A program made the position numbers and the translations under genes. DNA of 64,000 bases from the human T2T-CHM13v2.0 reference genome, Homo sapiens. Each line of letters begins with the position of its first letter. The stretch's first letter is position 1. The notes under the pieces are model-generated. The model saw only the letters and a program-made list of their open reading frames with translations, was not told the origin of the DNA and did not search any database. Positions 14,341-29,712 of the stretch are shown here, in pieces. The stretch lies in the NCBI RefSeq assembly GCF_009914755.1, contig NC_060931.1. One strand, given 5' to 3'.

Positions 14341-15061
14341 GTCTAGGCATTAGGATAGGCAAAATGTGATTTTTCTTTACACCTCCACGTGAAAGCTGAC
14401 AGAAGGGAGTCAGCTCAGGTGCAAAGCAGCGCAGAGTCATCATCTCAGTGGCTGCTGGACAGACGTGGGGTAGGTACCAGTAGAGGCCACCGGCACCTAC
14501 CCATGGGGGTGTGATGCAGTGCTGCCGCCTGGGCCAGGGAGTATCCTGTCTGTGCTTCAGGAAGCTCCAGTGTCCCTCTGGGTCGTCTCATACTGCCCTC
14601 CTGGCTCTGCCCCCATGCGTCTCACATCACAGACAACCAAGAGCATGGAGCAGTGCAGGACACACCATACCCAAGGCTCCCGACTACCTCTGCCCGTTCA
14701 CATTCTTTCTTGATCCTTGATCTGCAGAACCCAGTGTTAGATTTGCAAGAAAGACAATTATGGCTTAGACATCATCCTGACAAGGTCTTAGAGAAGCTCT
14801 AGAGGCCACCCTACACCCCTCTCTGCTGCCCCACTGTGATGGTTTGGACTGTCCTTGTCAGTGGGTTGTGTGGCCTTTCTCTATACCAGCACTCAACTTG
14901 GGATGGGGATGGTAGAATCAGGTGTGTAGCAGTGGGAAGTAACTATGAACCATGTATTTACCAAGCAGTCACCATGCAGCCCTGAGAAAGTCAAGTAGTG
15001 TCCTGGAGCAGTTGCTTCATGGGCAAACTGTGAGAGTTTGGCTGCAGGACCCATGAGACTC

Positions 15062-15460
15062 TGCCTTAGTCTGCTTGGGCTGCCATGATAAAATATTATA
15101 GACAGGTGGCTTAAACATGTAATTTTCTTTTCTCACAGTTCTTAAGGCTACATGTCCCAGCATGGTTGGTTCCTGGTGAGGGTGAGGGCTTGTTTCCTGG
15201 CTTTCAGATGGGCCACTTTTTCACTGTGTCATCACATGGTGAGGAGGGAGGGAGGGAGAGAGAGAAAGAGAGAGAGAGAGAGAGATCCTGTATATCTTCC
15301 TCCTTTTATAAGAGTACCAGTCCCATCAGATTAGGGTCCCACCTTTCGGACCTCATTTAACTTTAATTAGCTGCTTATGGGCCCAGTCTCCAAATACAGT
15401 GAGACTGGGGGTTAGGGCTTCAACATATGAATTTTGGGGGACACAATTTAGTCCATGACA
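15062..15460 (-). mobile_element. MaLR LTR (MLT1A-like) with internal (GA)n
   Basis: ttagtctgcttgggctgccat; ccaaatacagt...gggttagggcttcaacatatgaattttgggggacacaattt. Confidence 0.85.
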
Positions 15461-15858
15461 GACCCCTTCCACTTCAATGTCGTGAGGTTCTAAAGTTATG
15501 ATAGTGCTTCTTAAATGGAGGTTTCCAAAGAACAACAGTACCTAGAACGGCAGTGAAACAGATTAGGCATTACCACAGTAAAGCCTTCCAGATTGTTATA
15601 GAAAATTATATTATTCAAAAATAGTTCTGTTTACTTTTACATTTTCATAACCACTACTGCATGACTTACGAAAATCAAGCAACATACAGCATCCTGCAGG
15701 CATTGTTTAATTGCAAAATAGCCTAATAGCTTCTCATATTTTTTGTGCCCTCCATGTCCTGTGTGCTTCACCCTCATCCCAGCTGGGCTCTGACTGACAT
15801 AGGAGGGAGCATTGCACAGGATGAGACTGGAGTAGAGAGATCAGTAGAGAGACGGGAG

Positions 15859-16062
15859 CCAGAGTTTTCAACTTAGGCACTGTTGACATTTTGGGCTGGA
15901 TAATTCTTTTGAGGGAGATGGAGGGTGTTTAGCAGCATCCCTAGCATCTAATCACCAATGCCAGTAGTACTCTCTCCCCACTTTGGCAACCAAAAATGTC
16001 TCCAGACATTGCCAAATGTCTCCTGGGGTGGGGGCAACACCTCCCATGGTTGAAAGCCAGAG
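15859..16062 (+). mobile_element. MER20 (hAT-Charlie MITE)
   Basis: ggcactgttgacattttgggctggataattct...aaccaaaaatgtctccagacattgccaaatgtc. Confidence 0.85.
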
Positions 16063-16171
16063 GCTTGCAGATGCTCTGAGCTGGCTAGAGTGAGCTCAGC
16101 TAGGAGGTTGAGGGAGACAAGGATAAAGTAACAAGCACTTGTTGGATTTGTCAACATGGGAGTCATCAGTC

Positions 16172-16585
16172 ACTAGAGCTGATGTGTTGGTACTCGCTTG
16201 GACCTTCTCAGCTTATCACTGCCTTGTTCACTAGCTTAACTCCCAGCAGCTGAGAGACTTTCTTCAGCCACCTGACCGGCTCTGTCTGTGCATGGGGTAG
16301 ACCAGAGACTTTAGGGGATTAATGTTCCCAGGTGTCCCCCAGCCAAAGGCTGACAGGAGATGGTGGGTATGCACCCTGCTCCATCGCTCTCTGAGGTGTA
16401 TGTTTTATGCATTCTCCCAACGTTCCCAGCAGGACCGAGTTTCAGTTGCTCATAGAGTAACTTGTTTAATACCACATCCTTTACTGGCTTTTTCCCATTC
16501 TCAGTCTCTCATTCCCAATATACTTGTCCTCAAATCCCTGCTTCAGTGTTGGCTTCTGGAAAAAAAAACAAAGCAAAAATCTCTC
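16172..16585 (+). mobile_element. ERVL LTR16-like LTR
   Basis: cagccaaaggctgacaggagatggtgggtat; ttcccagcaggaccgag; ctcaaatccctgcttcagtgttggcttctgg. Confidence 0.65.
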
Positions 16586-17493
16586 TAAGGTTTATGTTCT
16601 CTTAATTTTTGACAAGAAGCTCTCAGTAATGCAGTGAGGAATGGATGACATTTTATTAATAATGTTGGATCACTTGATATTCATGTGGAGAAAATTCATC
16701 AATGCCTGTCTCATACCACGCATAAAATAATTTAGGTGAATAATAGGTCTAAATACAAAATGTAAAACAACAAAGCTTCTAGAAGTTATCACTGGAGAAT
16801 GTCTTCATGGCCTAGATCTAGGGAGAGATTAAACAGAAAATAAAAAGTACTAACCAAAAAGAAAAAAAGGAAATATTGATAAAATAGGCTACATTAAAAT
16901 TATAAACCTCTGTTCAACAAGGGAAACGATTAAAGGCAAGTCACAGAATGAAAGAAATTTGCAAGACATAACTGACAAAGGAAATTCATGAAAACCAGTA
17001 AGATAAAGACATATAACCCGATAGAAAGACACACTTCTCAAAACAGGAAATTCAAAAAGGCCGGTGAACATGGGAGTATATGCCCAACCTCATTAGTTAA
17101 ACAGCAAAAGCAAATTAGATGCCTCTGTACATCAACCTAAATGCCTATCGTTTAAAAGATTAGCAATATCAAATATGATATACTCCTACCTATGACACAG
17201 CAATCCATGCACAAAGACATGCACAGGAACATTCACAGAAGCATTATTTCTAATGCCCGCCCCCCGCAAGATTGGAGACCACCCAAATGTCCATCAATAC
17301 TAGAATGGATAATTAAATTGCAGTGTTTGCACATAGAGCAGTACTGTATAGCAATAAAATAAATTGCTGCTATAATCAACAAGGATACATCTCACAAATA
17401 TGATATTGAAAGAAAAAATAAATACAAAAATACATATTGCATGGTAATATTTATATAAAGTTCAAAAACAAGTACAACTGATCTATTATATTA

Positions 17494-17946
<453 letters not shown>

Positions 17947-18922
17947 TTACTTATTGTTCTTGAGCTTTTTGGTATGTATATATGCTTTACTTCAAGATAG
18001 ATAGACAAATTTTTTTAAGTAGGATAAATGAGAAATACTATAAAGAACTGTGTGCCAATAAATTGGAAAATTTAGTTGAAATGAGTAAACATCTAGAAAA
18101 AAATAGAATGATCTTAAAAAAAGAATAGAAAACCTCAGTAGCCTTATATGTATTAATGTAATTGAATCAGTAATTTAAAATCTTTCCTTGAGAAGACATC
18201 AGACACAGAGGATTTTAAGTAGCAAGTTCTAAAATTTCAAATAACAATCATTCCAATATTATAAAAATATTCCAGAGAATAAAAACATAGAAAATATTCT
18301 CTGAATCTTTCTAAAAGGCCAATAAAATCTTGATTTCAATTCAGCATGAGACAGAAAACGTTACTGACCAGTCTTCACAAACTTAGATGCAAAAATCCTA
18401 AGCAAAATAATAGCAACATGAATCCATCAGTGATTTGAAAAATAATATAATATGAATGGAGCTTAACCCAGGAATACCATAAGATTTAACACTTGAAGAT
18501 ATACAAATAAAATTCACCATATTAAGAAACCAAAGGGAAATATATAATCAACTCAATGGATTAAAAAAAGGGCAAACAGCATTTGATAAAATTCAGCATC
18601 AATAAGTTAAAAATTATATTTTCTTAAAATTAGAAATAGAAGGAAACTTCTGTAACCTGAAAAGTAGTAATTATCTGTGTAATCATTTACATCTTTCTAA
18701 ATGCAGAATGACAGAAATAAGAAAAGAATGTCTACTTTTGCTGCTTCTCCGCAATCTTATATGGAAGGTCCTGGTTAGTTCAATAAGGCAGGAGGAAATA
18801 AAATAAAAGCAGAAGAATTGTTATAGAAAACATAAAGCTCTATCAATTTGCAGACAATATCCTTGTTTAAATAGAAAACTTAAAAGGATCTACACACATA
18901 TTATTAGAAATAGAGAATTAGT

Positions 18923-19251
<329 letters not shown>

Positions 19252-20137
19252 CTAAAATTAAAGAAAATCAATTGTATTTTTATACTACAGCAACAATTAT
19301 TTAGAAAATAAAATGTTATTAAAAAGGCAACATTTATAAGAACCTCCAAATTATCAGTACGCAAGAATTAATCTTAAAAATGATGTGCAAGGTGAGACTG
19401 GTATTAAAGAAAGAGAAAGAAGAAAAAAGAAATTTTATCAAAAGGCATCAAGGAAGACCTAAATGAATGCAGCGAATTTCTAGGTTGGTGGATAAGAAGA
19501 ATCAACAGTGTAAATATGTCAATTCTTCCCCAAATTATCTGTGTATTCCAAATAACGGCTATCAGAATCTCCACGGGGGTTCCTGTGAACTAGATAAAAG
19601 ATTGCTTAGACAAAGAACAAAGTTGTTCTGGATATAAAGACTTACAAAGCCTCAGTAAACAGCAGCAACAACAACGAGATAGCATCGATGCAGAGACAAA
19701 AAGTCAACCAGTGGAAAAGAAATTGAAAATAGAAACTGGAAATCGATTTTGCTCATAAAACTTAAGTGGAAAACGTGTGTAAGACATGATACTGCAAATC
19801 AGAAAGGAGGTGGTTAGCTATGTAATAAGCAAAGCTGAAGCAATTGGTTATTCCTATGGGGGAAAATGGGATATTCACATCACACATAAAAATTAATTGT
19901 ACTTTGATTACATATCTAAATATAAAAAGCAAGACTTTAAAATCCATGGGGAAAGAAACATAGAGAATACATTTAATACTTCTAAGCAGGAGACTTTTAG
20001 TTATACAACAGAGACAGAGCAAATCATAAAGATACATGTGGCTATATTAATATTTTAAACTTACACTCACTAAAAGACACCAGTTAACAAGTGGAAAGGC
20101 CAGTTATAGATTAGTAGAACGTAAATGCAAAACACAC

Positions 20138-20555
20138 GTCAACTTACAATAATCACAAGGCTCAGGATCCAATTAAAAGGGCTCATTCAAGCCCAAAGCA
20201 TGGGGAAAAATGAAGACTGTTAATGTAGGCAAAAAATGAAGGTGGTAAACAGAATTGCATTTTTCATACAAAGGCTAACATACACAAAGAAGATTTGATT
20301 GGCTACCATTGATTCCACTCTAAGGGAGTTGCTGAATATTCTATTGTAAAGACATAGAACTCACAGGGGTGGCTATCTCCATGGCATTTAGTCTAGGTTT
20401 GTGTGGGGATAGGGAGTATGGTTAATGTAAAAAATGTCAACACAAAAGTTGGGAAGCAATGATCACACACCATGGAACAGTTGGTTCATGTGACTCAGTT
20501 TCTAGTTTTCTCCTTGGCATATTTGGAAGGTTCTGAAATTTTATTTTCTTTTTAC
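20138..20555 (-). mobile_element. ERV1 MER4-group solo LTR
   Basis: Minus strand starts tgtaaaagaaaataaaatttcagaacc...ccaaatatgccaagg...aactgagtcac. Confidence 0.55.
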
Positions 20556-20674
20556 ATATACAATTGGCAGATGGTTTGTATCCAGATATATTAAAAATTT
20601 CTATAAGCCAATAAGAGGAATATAAACCACCCAATAAAATAATGGGCAAAACAGAAAAGTAGTTCAATGTTAGA

Positions 20675-21531
20675 TGTTATATACTGGGAAATATGTATTT
20701 TATCTTCCTTCTCCGTTTCCTGATTACAGCTCCAAAATCCTTGGAATCTCCAGAGTGTTAAGAGTGTCTTCTGTGCACTAACAAGTTGAACGATGGCTGG
20801 CAGCCTCTAAGTAGCGTCAGGATGGGGCTGGTCACTGGAAAGATCAAGGCAGGATTAGATGGTTGTGACTTTCGGCCCCACCCTCTCACCTTGGGGAAGG
20901 CTGAAAGTTGAGTTGATCACCAAAGACCAGTAATTTAATCAAACATGCTTACATGAGGAAACTTTTATACAAACCCAAAAGGGCTGGGTTTGGGTGAGCT
21001 TCTGAAGAGCAGAACACACGGAGGTTTCTGGCGGGTGGTGCACCTGGAGAGGGCATGGAAACACCAAGCCTCGCCACCCCCACTTTTCTCACCTATGCAT
21101 CTCTTCCATCTGGTTGTTTATTTGTGTGCCTTGTAATATTCTTTATAATAAACTTGTAAATGTACGTATGTGTTTTCCTGAGTTCTGTGAGCCGCTCTAG
21201 CAAATTAATCGAACCCGAGGGGGGACAGTGGAAGTCTGATTTATAGCCGGTGGGTCAGAAGTTATGGAAGTCTAGACTTGTGACTGGCATTTGAAGTGGG
21301 GGTAGTTTTGTGGGACTGAGCCCTCAGCCTGCGGGAGCTGATGCTATCTCTAGGTAGACAGTGCCAGAATTAAATTAGAGGACACTCAGCTGGTGTCTGC
21401 TGCAGAATTGATTGGTTGCCGGTAAGGAGAAATCCCCACACATATTTTGGTGACCAGAGAGGTGAAGCGTTCTGTGTTGATTGTTGTGAGAGTAACAGGA
21501 AAAACTGAGTATTTTTTTCTTATATCTTAAC
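20675..21531 (+). mobile_element. MER21-type LTR
   Basis: agctccaaaatccttggaatctcc; aataaa at about 21147; gtgactggcatttgaagtgggggtagttttgtgggactgagccct. Confidence 0.8.
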
Positions 21532-21661
21532 AACATGCCAATTAAACCCAGAATAATCTAGGTTTTATTTATTTTATTCACTTGATTTGCAAAAATTACA
21601 AAGTCTGACAAAATTATGTGTTGGCAAAGATGTTGAAAAATAGGAACTTAGGATGGAGGAG

Positions 21662-22049
21662 TGTTATGGGTCAAAGTGTGCACACCACAAAATTCCTATG
21701 TTGAAGTCCTAACCCCCAGGACCTCAGGATGTGACTGTATTTGGAGACAGGTCTTTAAGAAGGTAATTAAGTTAAAATGAGGTCATTAGGGTGGGCCCTA
21801 ATCCAATATGACTGGTGCCCACGTAAGAAAAGGAGATTAGGATACAGACACACACAGAGGGAAGACCACGTGCGGACACAGGGAGAAGGCGGCTATCAAC
21901 ACACAAAGAAGAGAGGACTCGGGAGAAACCAAACCTGCCGACACCTTGATCTTGGACTTCTGGCCTCCAGGACTATGAGAAATAAAACGTCTATCATTGA
22001 AGCTACCCAGTCCATGGTATTTGTTACACAGTCTGAGCCGACTAATACA
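21662..22049 (+). mobile_element. MaLR LTR (MLT1B-like)
   Basis: tgttatggg...atgttgaagtcctaacccc...gactaataca. Confidence 0.9.
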
Positions 22050-23001
22050 GGAGTATGCTACTTTGCATAGCGAGTTGGCAATATAAAATAATGGCAATGT
22101 CCACATATGGATCTAAAAATTTCAAACTTTGATACTTTCCCAGAGAAAGCCTCACACATGTGCACAGGGAGATAAATGAAAGTCTCCTATAGTGTTGTTT
22201 ACAACGAGGGAGGGGAGAAGGATGAGAGGGAGTGGGAGAAGAGGGAGAGGGGCACCTGTTCAGGCCTGGACACATTAGGAAAAGGAAAGGGCTACCTTTC
22301 CCTGAAATCCTCCAGGACAGAGCTTACAAAGTTGCTAGGCAATGTCAGATCACAGGATGTGTTTTAACTCCTGCTGATTGAGGAACCAGTTCCCAGCTGA
22401 GTCACAGCTGAGGCTACCACGCTTGGGGATGGTGGGGAGAGGGAGACCACTGAACAGAGGTGGCAATCGCTAAATACTTGGCTATGTATGATGACAAGGA
22501 ATTCCGATTCTCCTCTTTGGCTTCAAGAAGACAGTGTATAACTTTAATTTCAAAACAAAATCAAACCCATGACTCTCATACAAATATCAAATGAAACTGA
22601 GTCCAAAATTTTCAGTCTTTAAATGATGAAAGAACTAATGAGATGTTAATCCTGATTCAAAAGAGAATTTGAGGAGGACATTTTAGAGCTTTTCAGTCAA
22701 ACAAATACTGAAATGAATTTCCTAAAAGATGCAAACAAGCTGAGGCATTAAGAGATATAAAGCAACAAATTCCACCCTCCGGAGTTAGCTTTTCTACCCC
22801 GTGGATATGATTTACCTGCTGCTGGACAAGAACCATCTGCCCTATTCCCAGTTTTCTGCAATGTAACCTCTACCCTCACAGAATTGTAAACTATCCAGAA
22901 CAATAGAAAATAGAAAGTTGGACAAAGGACACAGGTCTAGAAAATGCGAAATCACCAGGAGTGGAGGGCTGGCCCAGCAGGAAGTGAGAAAACACCCGTA
23001 A

Positions 23002-23808
<807 letters not shown>

Positions 23809-24169
23809 TATACTGCTTGCCTATTTCCAAGTTTTGGATACTGCCATGTGGAGGCCAGGCCAGGAAGGAGTGGGCTCCACGGATGCCTCCCCAAATGGCC
23901 ATGCAGCCAGCTTGGCAGGGGCTGGACAGATGGAGAAGAGCAAAAGAGGAACCAGAAAAGCAGAGGAGAGAGGAGGAAGGACCAGGAGAGCGGAGGAGGG
24001 ACCAGGAGAGCAACATGAGGAGGCTCCCACCTCCCCCTCCTCCTTCCTCTCCCTCCTCCCTGGCTGGAACTCTTCCTGGCAGTCGACTGCCATTGCCCTG
24101 GTGCTTGCCTTTTTGTCCTCCACTTCCTTACCTGCAGGAAGAGCCTGCACTGTCCAGTGTAATTCCATC

Positions 24170-24680
24170 CAAGCATCCACCTTCCTCCTTTCAGGATGAA
24201 GCCCAAGTGCCTTAGAACGGCCTGAGAATGACCCTGAATGACCACTTCTCTGTCCTCTTTCCCATGTCTTACCTTTCCTTGAATGGAATAGTGTGTGGGC
24301 ACCCCCATCTATTCCCTTACTTACCTGGGGCCTACCTAATTCACAAAAAGGGTGAAGATATAGCTGATTTTGCAAACACTGTTTCCCCCAACCACCGCCT
24401 GGTGGGCTTCTAGACCTTCTCTTCATTCTGCAGATCATGGTGCAGCCTGGCCACTCTCTAGAAGCTTCCCTTCCTTCTGCCATTCCTACCTTTTTTTTTC
24501 CCCCTGTTCTGCTCACATATACTCTCCATCACTCTACTGTCATTTTTTTTTCTTCAGTGGATCCTACAAGACTGTGGGCTCCTTCAGGGTCAGAACCATA
24601 TCTGACCCTTGTGATTCCCCAGCTGTGAATGCGAGGTCTGTCACAGAGTAAATGCTCAATAAATATTTGGTGAGTTTAGG
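24170..24680 (+). mobile_element. L2 3' fragments
   Basis: gactgtgggctccttcagggtcagaacc...cacagagtaaatgctcaataaatatttg. Confidence 0.65.
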
Positions 24681-25788
24681 TGGATTTGAATTATTGCTCC
24701 AGTAATAGGCATATACAATTTTGACATTTCTATTCTGGCAAGCACAGCTTAGGCAGGACTGGAATTTGTGCAGTGTATTAGGATGATGTGAATTCCTAAA
24801 GCAGGTTGTCAACAGCAGCCTCTTATGGCAAAACTCAGCTGTCAAAACCAGGCTTTAACACCTCCTAAAAGCCTCAGCCTTAACCTTCCTAAAGCTAAGG
24901 AGTCATTTATTACTTATACTTGTGTTTCCTGAAGCACGTTTGTTCCAAATTTTACCAACTTCATAACAATTAACAACTACCCCCCCAAAACTTAAAGTGG
25001 TAGAACATATTACACTGAATTGGGTATGCAAGGGCTTTCCCTCCGTGGCACATGTGATCCAGCTGTCTCACTAGTTACTGATGGACTAGGAACTAAAAAT
25101 TCCCCAGAATAATTTGCACATGAATTTTAATGGGTACTGGAAACTGATGAAAACTCTTCCCTCAAGCAGTATTTCCAAGCTCATGAAGTATTAATGTCCC
25201 CATCAAAGATGTATATCTACTTTAAAAACCTCTTAGAGATGGAGGTTCCCACTGAGCAAGGTGACATCTGCCACCGCAGAGATCACAGCCTATTCAGAGT
25301 GTGCATGCATGTGCGGTGCATGATTTACATATGTGGGCCACACCAACCCTTTAAGAACTAATGCCAAATGACAAGCTGTAGCGCTCTATCATGCACAACA
25401 GTGAACATAATAAATTATGGAACAACTTGAGTTTTGTGGGCACAATCTGTATTGACAGAAGAGAGAGATGCGATCAAATGGTATACACCTTGAAAATCAA
25501 AGAACAGTCCCCTTTTCTCGTGTGTAAGCACTGAAACTCCCCCCACAAACATGAAGAAATCTGTATGAGGTGTCATCTCCATATAGTCAGCGCCACTGAA
25601 AATGTGGCACAGTAAAGAATGCCCAGACCCACAACTTTGGGGCCTGAGCACAGCAGTAGCTCAAAGGTTGAACCTTCAGGGGGGATGAAAAGGCAGATAC
25701 CAGCAAGTGGTGCAGGGATGGAATCCTGGAGCATGAGCAAAAGTTCACCAGCCACATCTTCACAATAATTTTGCAAGGTGTATGTATA

Positions 25789-26660
25789 CATAGTGACTAT
25801 ATGTCCCAGTTGCCTCATGATGATCCTAGTGTCCTGGACTCCCATATATTTATCCTGGGTTTTCAGCTTTTAATTAAGTCTTATGACAAATAGTTACATA
25901 AAAATATGCTGGGATGAGATGGGTAGAACACCACTTTGCACTTCCAGTGGCTGCCATGGGCTTGTCTAACAGTGTGTGAGACGCATGTGCAGTGAGTGGA
26001 GTGCCAGCTTGAACACATGATTAAATCTGAAGGACGAGCAGCATGGCATACCTCAGAGACATGAAGGCAAAAGGCCACCAGTCTCCAAAAGAAAAAAAAA
26101 TTGCTGAGAAATCATCAGCTTTTGCTTTAAAAGTTAGCAGTTATTTTAAGAACATGGTGCTCAAAGGTGAAAAATTAATGACAGAGTGACACAATGACAG
26201 ACGCTGCATGAAGACATCACTTTAAGAAGCATGACTTTTCAGATCAAATGGCTGCTGTTCTAAATCAATTTTTTCTTCAGTTCTAGATTTTTTGAATGTA
26301 TGAAAAGCCAAGCCATATTTGTTATTATGTGGCCTCCAATTTCAGACAAAGAACTGCAAAATCAGTCACATCATGTCGGTTTTGTTGGGGTCATTAGGTA
26401 CCTTAAATAGAAAATTAATTAATAAAAAGTATTTAATTTTTAAATCTAATTCATGGAATCAACACAAAGCTTTTAGAAGTTTATGCCATAGAAAATAAAA
26501 CATCTGAAATAATTGTGAATGCTATTGTAAATTTAATTTAAAAATTGATATTGAAGATACAATTTTTTGTGGTAAATATGAACACACATTTTAGTGGAGT
26601 ACAGGTCATAGAAAAACCAATGTTCTTACTAAATTAATAAATCATGGCACAGGAATGTAT
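25789..26660 (+). mobile_element. hAT-Blackjack-like DNA transposon fragment
   Basis: Terminus tagtgactatatgtcccagttgcc resembles MER94/Blackjack ends, followed by degenerate AT-rich transposase-like sequence. Confidence 0.55.
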
Positions 26661-26664
26661 TTAG

Positions 26665-27695
26665 TAAATAAGTGAAGAAACTATGACTCACAGTCAAGAA
26701 AAATTAGTCATTAGAAATAGACTCACAAAGACCCAGATGCTGGGCTCAGCATCAATGATTTTGAAATGTTTGTGGTAAACCGCTTATACAGTCCACAGGA
26801 ATAACTGAATATAATAAATGGAGGGGGAAGGAAATTTCAGGAGAGATTTGAAAGCTATAAAAAGAACCTAATGAAAATCTCAGAGGTGAAAAGTACAATA
26901 TCTGAAGTAGAAAATTCACTGGATGGGCTTAACAGGAGATTGGATGTAACAGAAGAAAGAATCAGTGATTTTAAAGAAAGAACAACGGAAACCTTCCAAA
27001 CTGAAGCACAGGGATAAAGATAAGGAAGACAGCAAAAAATGAATGACACTTCAACGACGTGTTTAACTGTACCTAGCGGTCTAACATACATATACATGGT
27101 GTCCAGAGGTAGAAGAGGAGGAAAAGATGGAGTGTACACGTGTTTAATAAAATATGCATATATTCGTGGGAAGATCAAGCTCATTAACCCACTAATTTAG
27201 GAATCCCAAATTGTATAGATACATTCATCACCCCAAGTCCTCCACCCCCCAAAAAAATAACATCAAGGCAAACCAAATAAAAACTGCTGAAAACTAGAGA
27301 CAAAGGGAAAAAAATATTTAAAATAGCCAGAGAAAACAGACATATGATATACTGGGAGCAATAATAAAAACTCATCATCACTCACTGCTCATCATCAATA
27401 TAGAGACCAAGTGCTGATGGAGAAGCAAATGTTGTATGTATAATGTCACATGTATCATGTATAATGTTGCATTATACATGTGGCAGAATACTGTTTAGTC
27501 AAGGTACATTTTGTCAGTCGTGGGTGTTTAGTGTTGTCAGTTGAGTAACCCCTAAAACAGACTACAGAGATACAGCTAGAATGTCAATAGATGAGAAAAA
27601 TGAGAAAATAACAATTAATACTTCAAGAAAGACAGGAAAGATGAACCAGCGAACAAATTAAGAAGTGGGGCAGCAGAAAACAAACGGCAAGTTGG
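26665..27695 (+). mobile_element. Old L1M ORF1-region fragment
   Basis: aaaattcactggatgggcttaacaggagattggatgtaacagaagaaagaatcagtga. Confidence 0.7.
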
Positions 27696-27696
27696 T

Positions 27697-27960
27697 TGTG
27701 TTGTCTATTGCTGAGTAACAAATCACCCAAAATGGAGTGGCTTAAAACAATTAACATTGATTATCTCTCACAGTTTCTGGGGGTCAAGAATTTGGAATTG
27801 GCTTGGAAGGCCTTTTGACATTCCTGGCTAGGGGTCTTTAATGAGATTGCAGTTAAATGTCAGCCAGGGCAGCAGTCAGCTGGAGGTTCCCCTAGGACCG
27901 CCACGTCTCTTTCCAAGGTGGCTCGTTCACAAGGCTGCAAGTCCATGTAGCTGTTGATGT
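27697..27960 (-). mobile_element. MaLR LTR fragment (MLT1F-H-like)
   Basis: tctattgctgagtaacaaatcacccaaaatggagtggcttaaaacaa...ctcacagtttctgggggtcaagaatttgg. Confidence 0.75.
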
Positions 27961-29712
27961 GACAGTACATTAGAAATGCATTGGCTATGGAATGCATTCA
28001 AGTATACAGACATGCCAGATGTTCCCTCATGCTGTATTTTAAAAAAATCTTTAGATAAAACTCTTGTTTAAAATTGGGAATTACAGGAAAGCTTTTCTTT
28101 GACTGTAATATAGATGAATATTCTATTTTTTTAGAAAAAACAACTTTTACAATATTTTGCAATTAGACCTCTTTTATAAGTGTACCATGTTAAAAAGAAA
28201 TTTGTCAGTTACAAAATACATATATATATATGAAACTACATAATTGCAATTAGTTTTACACCTTCCCTTTATCCTAAAACGTTTCTTGGCTTAGCATATA
28301 AATTTTATGGTTATATAATTTATATAACTGAAACCACCACTGTGTACTTTGGGAGGCCGAGGCGGGAGTATTTACATGCATACAGATTGGCTTGCATTTC
28401 GAATAACTTCCTTGAAATAGGTAGCAAGGAAATACTGGATTGCAGAATGCAGATATGTAAGAATTTTGAACTTTTTAGCCAAATATCAATTGATGGTTTT
28501 TTCTTTTATGTGTTCAGATTTAAAATGAGAAGTTGGGAAGTGAATTTGTAATTTAAACAGGTGAAATGTTTAGACTGTAGGTTATTATTGACTGTAGGAG
28601 ATTATTTGTCAGTGAAACCCCTTTTAGTTGCATCCTTCATGGAGATCTCGGCTCACAGCACACTCCAGGAATTTCTGATGGTAGAGGCCAGTGCCATGAG
28701 CCCAGAAACACGGTGCATTCCGAGAGGCACTGGCCACTGCCCTGTAACAGTGTCTAAATCAATCTGCTCCTTTGAGGGCAACAGATGCATGGCTAATGGC
28801 TTGACAGGCAGGACCCTTCCACCAAAACATACCATGTGCCATGCTGTTGTTGGAGTGGAAAGCACTAAATCACTAAGAAACAGCTTCTTTTTTTCATTTC
28901 TGTTTTTCATAGTAGCAAATATTAACCTACATATGGTCTTCTGTGTGTTATGGGTGGGTGGGTGAGATTTAGGCGGAAAAGAAAAGTGGAGGTGGTGAAA
29001 AAAATTTAAGTCTCAAGGAAATTATAGAAACTCAACATTTTATTAGATGTACACCATGTGACTCCTTTCAAATTTATATAATTGGCAACTCACTCAAAAG
29101 GGCTTTGGAGTCTTTGCTAACTTCGGACTGCAAACTTCAGACTCCACCTCCCTCCACCTGCTGATACTATGAGCCTTCTCCTGGTATCTGAGCATCAAGG
29201 ACTCTAAAAAGCAACTCTTGCAAGTTATCTTATGCTGTTCTTTTATATCAACTGTGCTCGTAATTTTAGGAACTATCATGGCACCACCCTCTTTCTTCCT
29301 GCAATGTGGGCCTTTGTAAATTACCAAGTCTTATTTTAAATTCAGAGCCACAACAATTTGTGACAGAATCTGAAAGCAGCTCAGGGAATCTTCAGAAAGA
29401 GGCTGCGTGCAGGTAGTGAGGTAGCTCTTCTTGCTTTCCTCCTCTGTGCCTCCTCTTAGCCACATGAGGATCCTTGCTCTGTTCCCAAACAGGGTACATT
29501 CAGAAAGCTCTTTTCATTTGAGGCTGGGATCACAACCTGAGTTTCTCTCTGTCTGTGTTGTCCCCATCTCTTGTATCTTTCCTAGTGACCCATAAAAATA
29601 AGACATTCAGTTTCTAACTCTAGGCTAGATTGGTGAACTATAGTTCTCCTCAGTTCAAGAATCAAGAAGGGAGCCCAACCTGCTAGATGCCCCTTAAACA
29701 ATGTGGTTCCTT

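Noticed and set aside
25300-25325. Clustered tgcatg (RBFOX-like) motifs
   Set aside because: Part of an alternating purine-pyrimidine run; no exon identified nearby.
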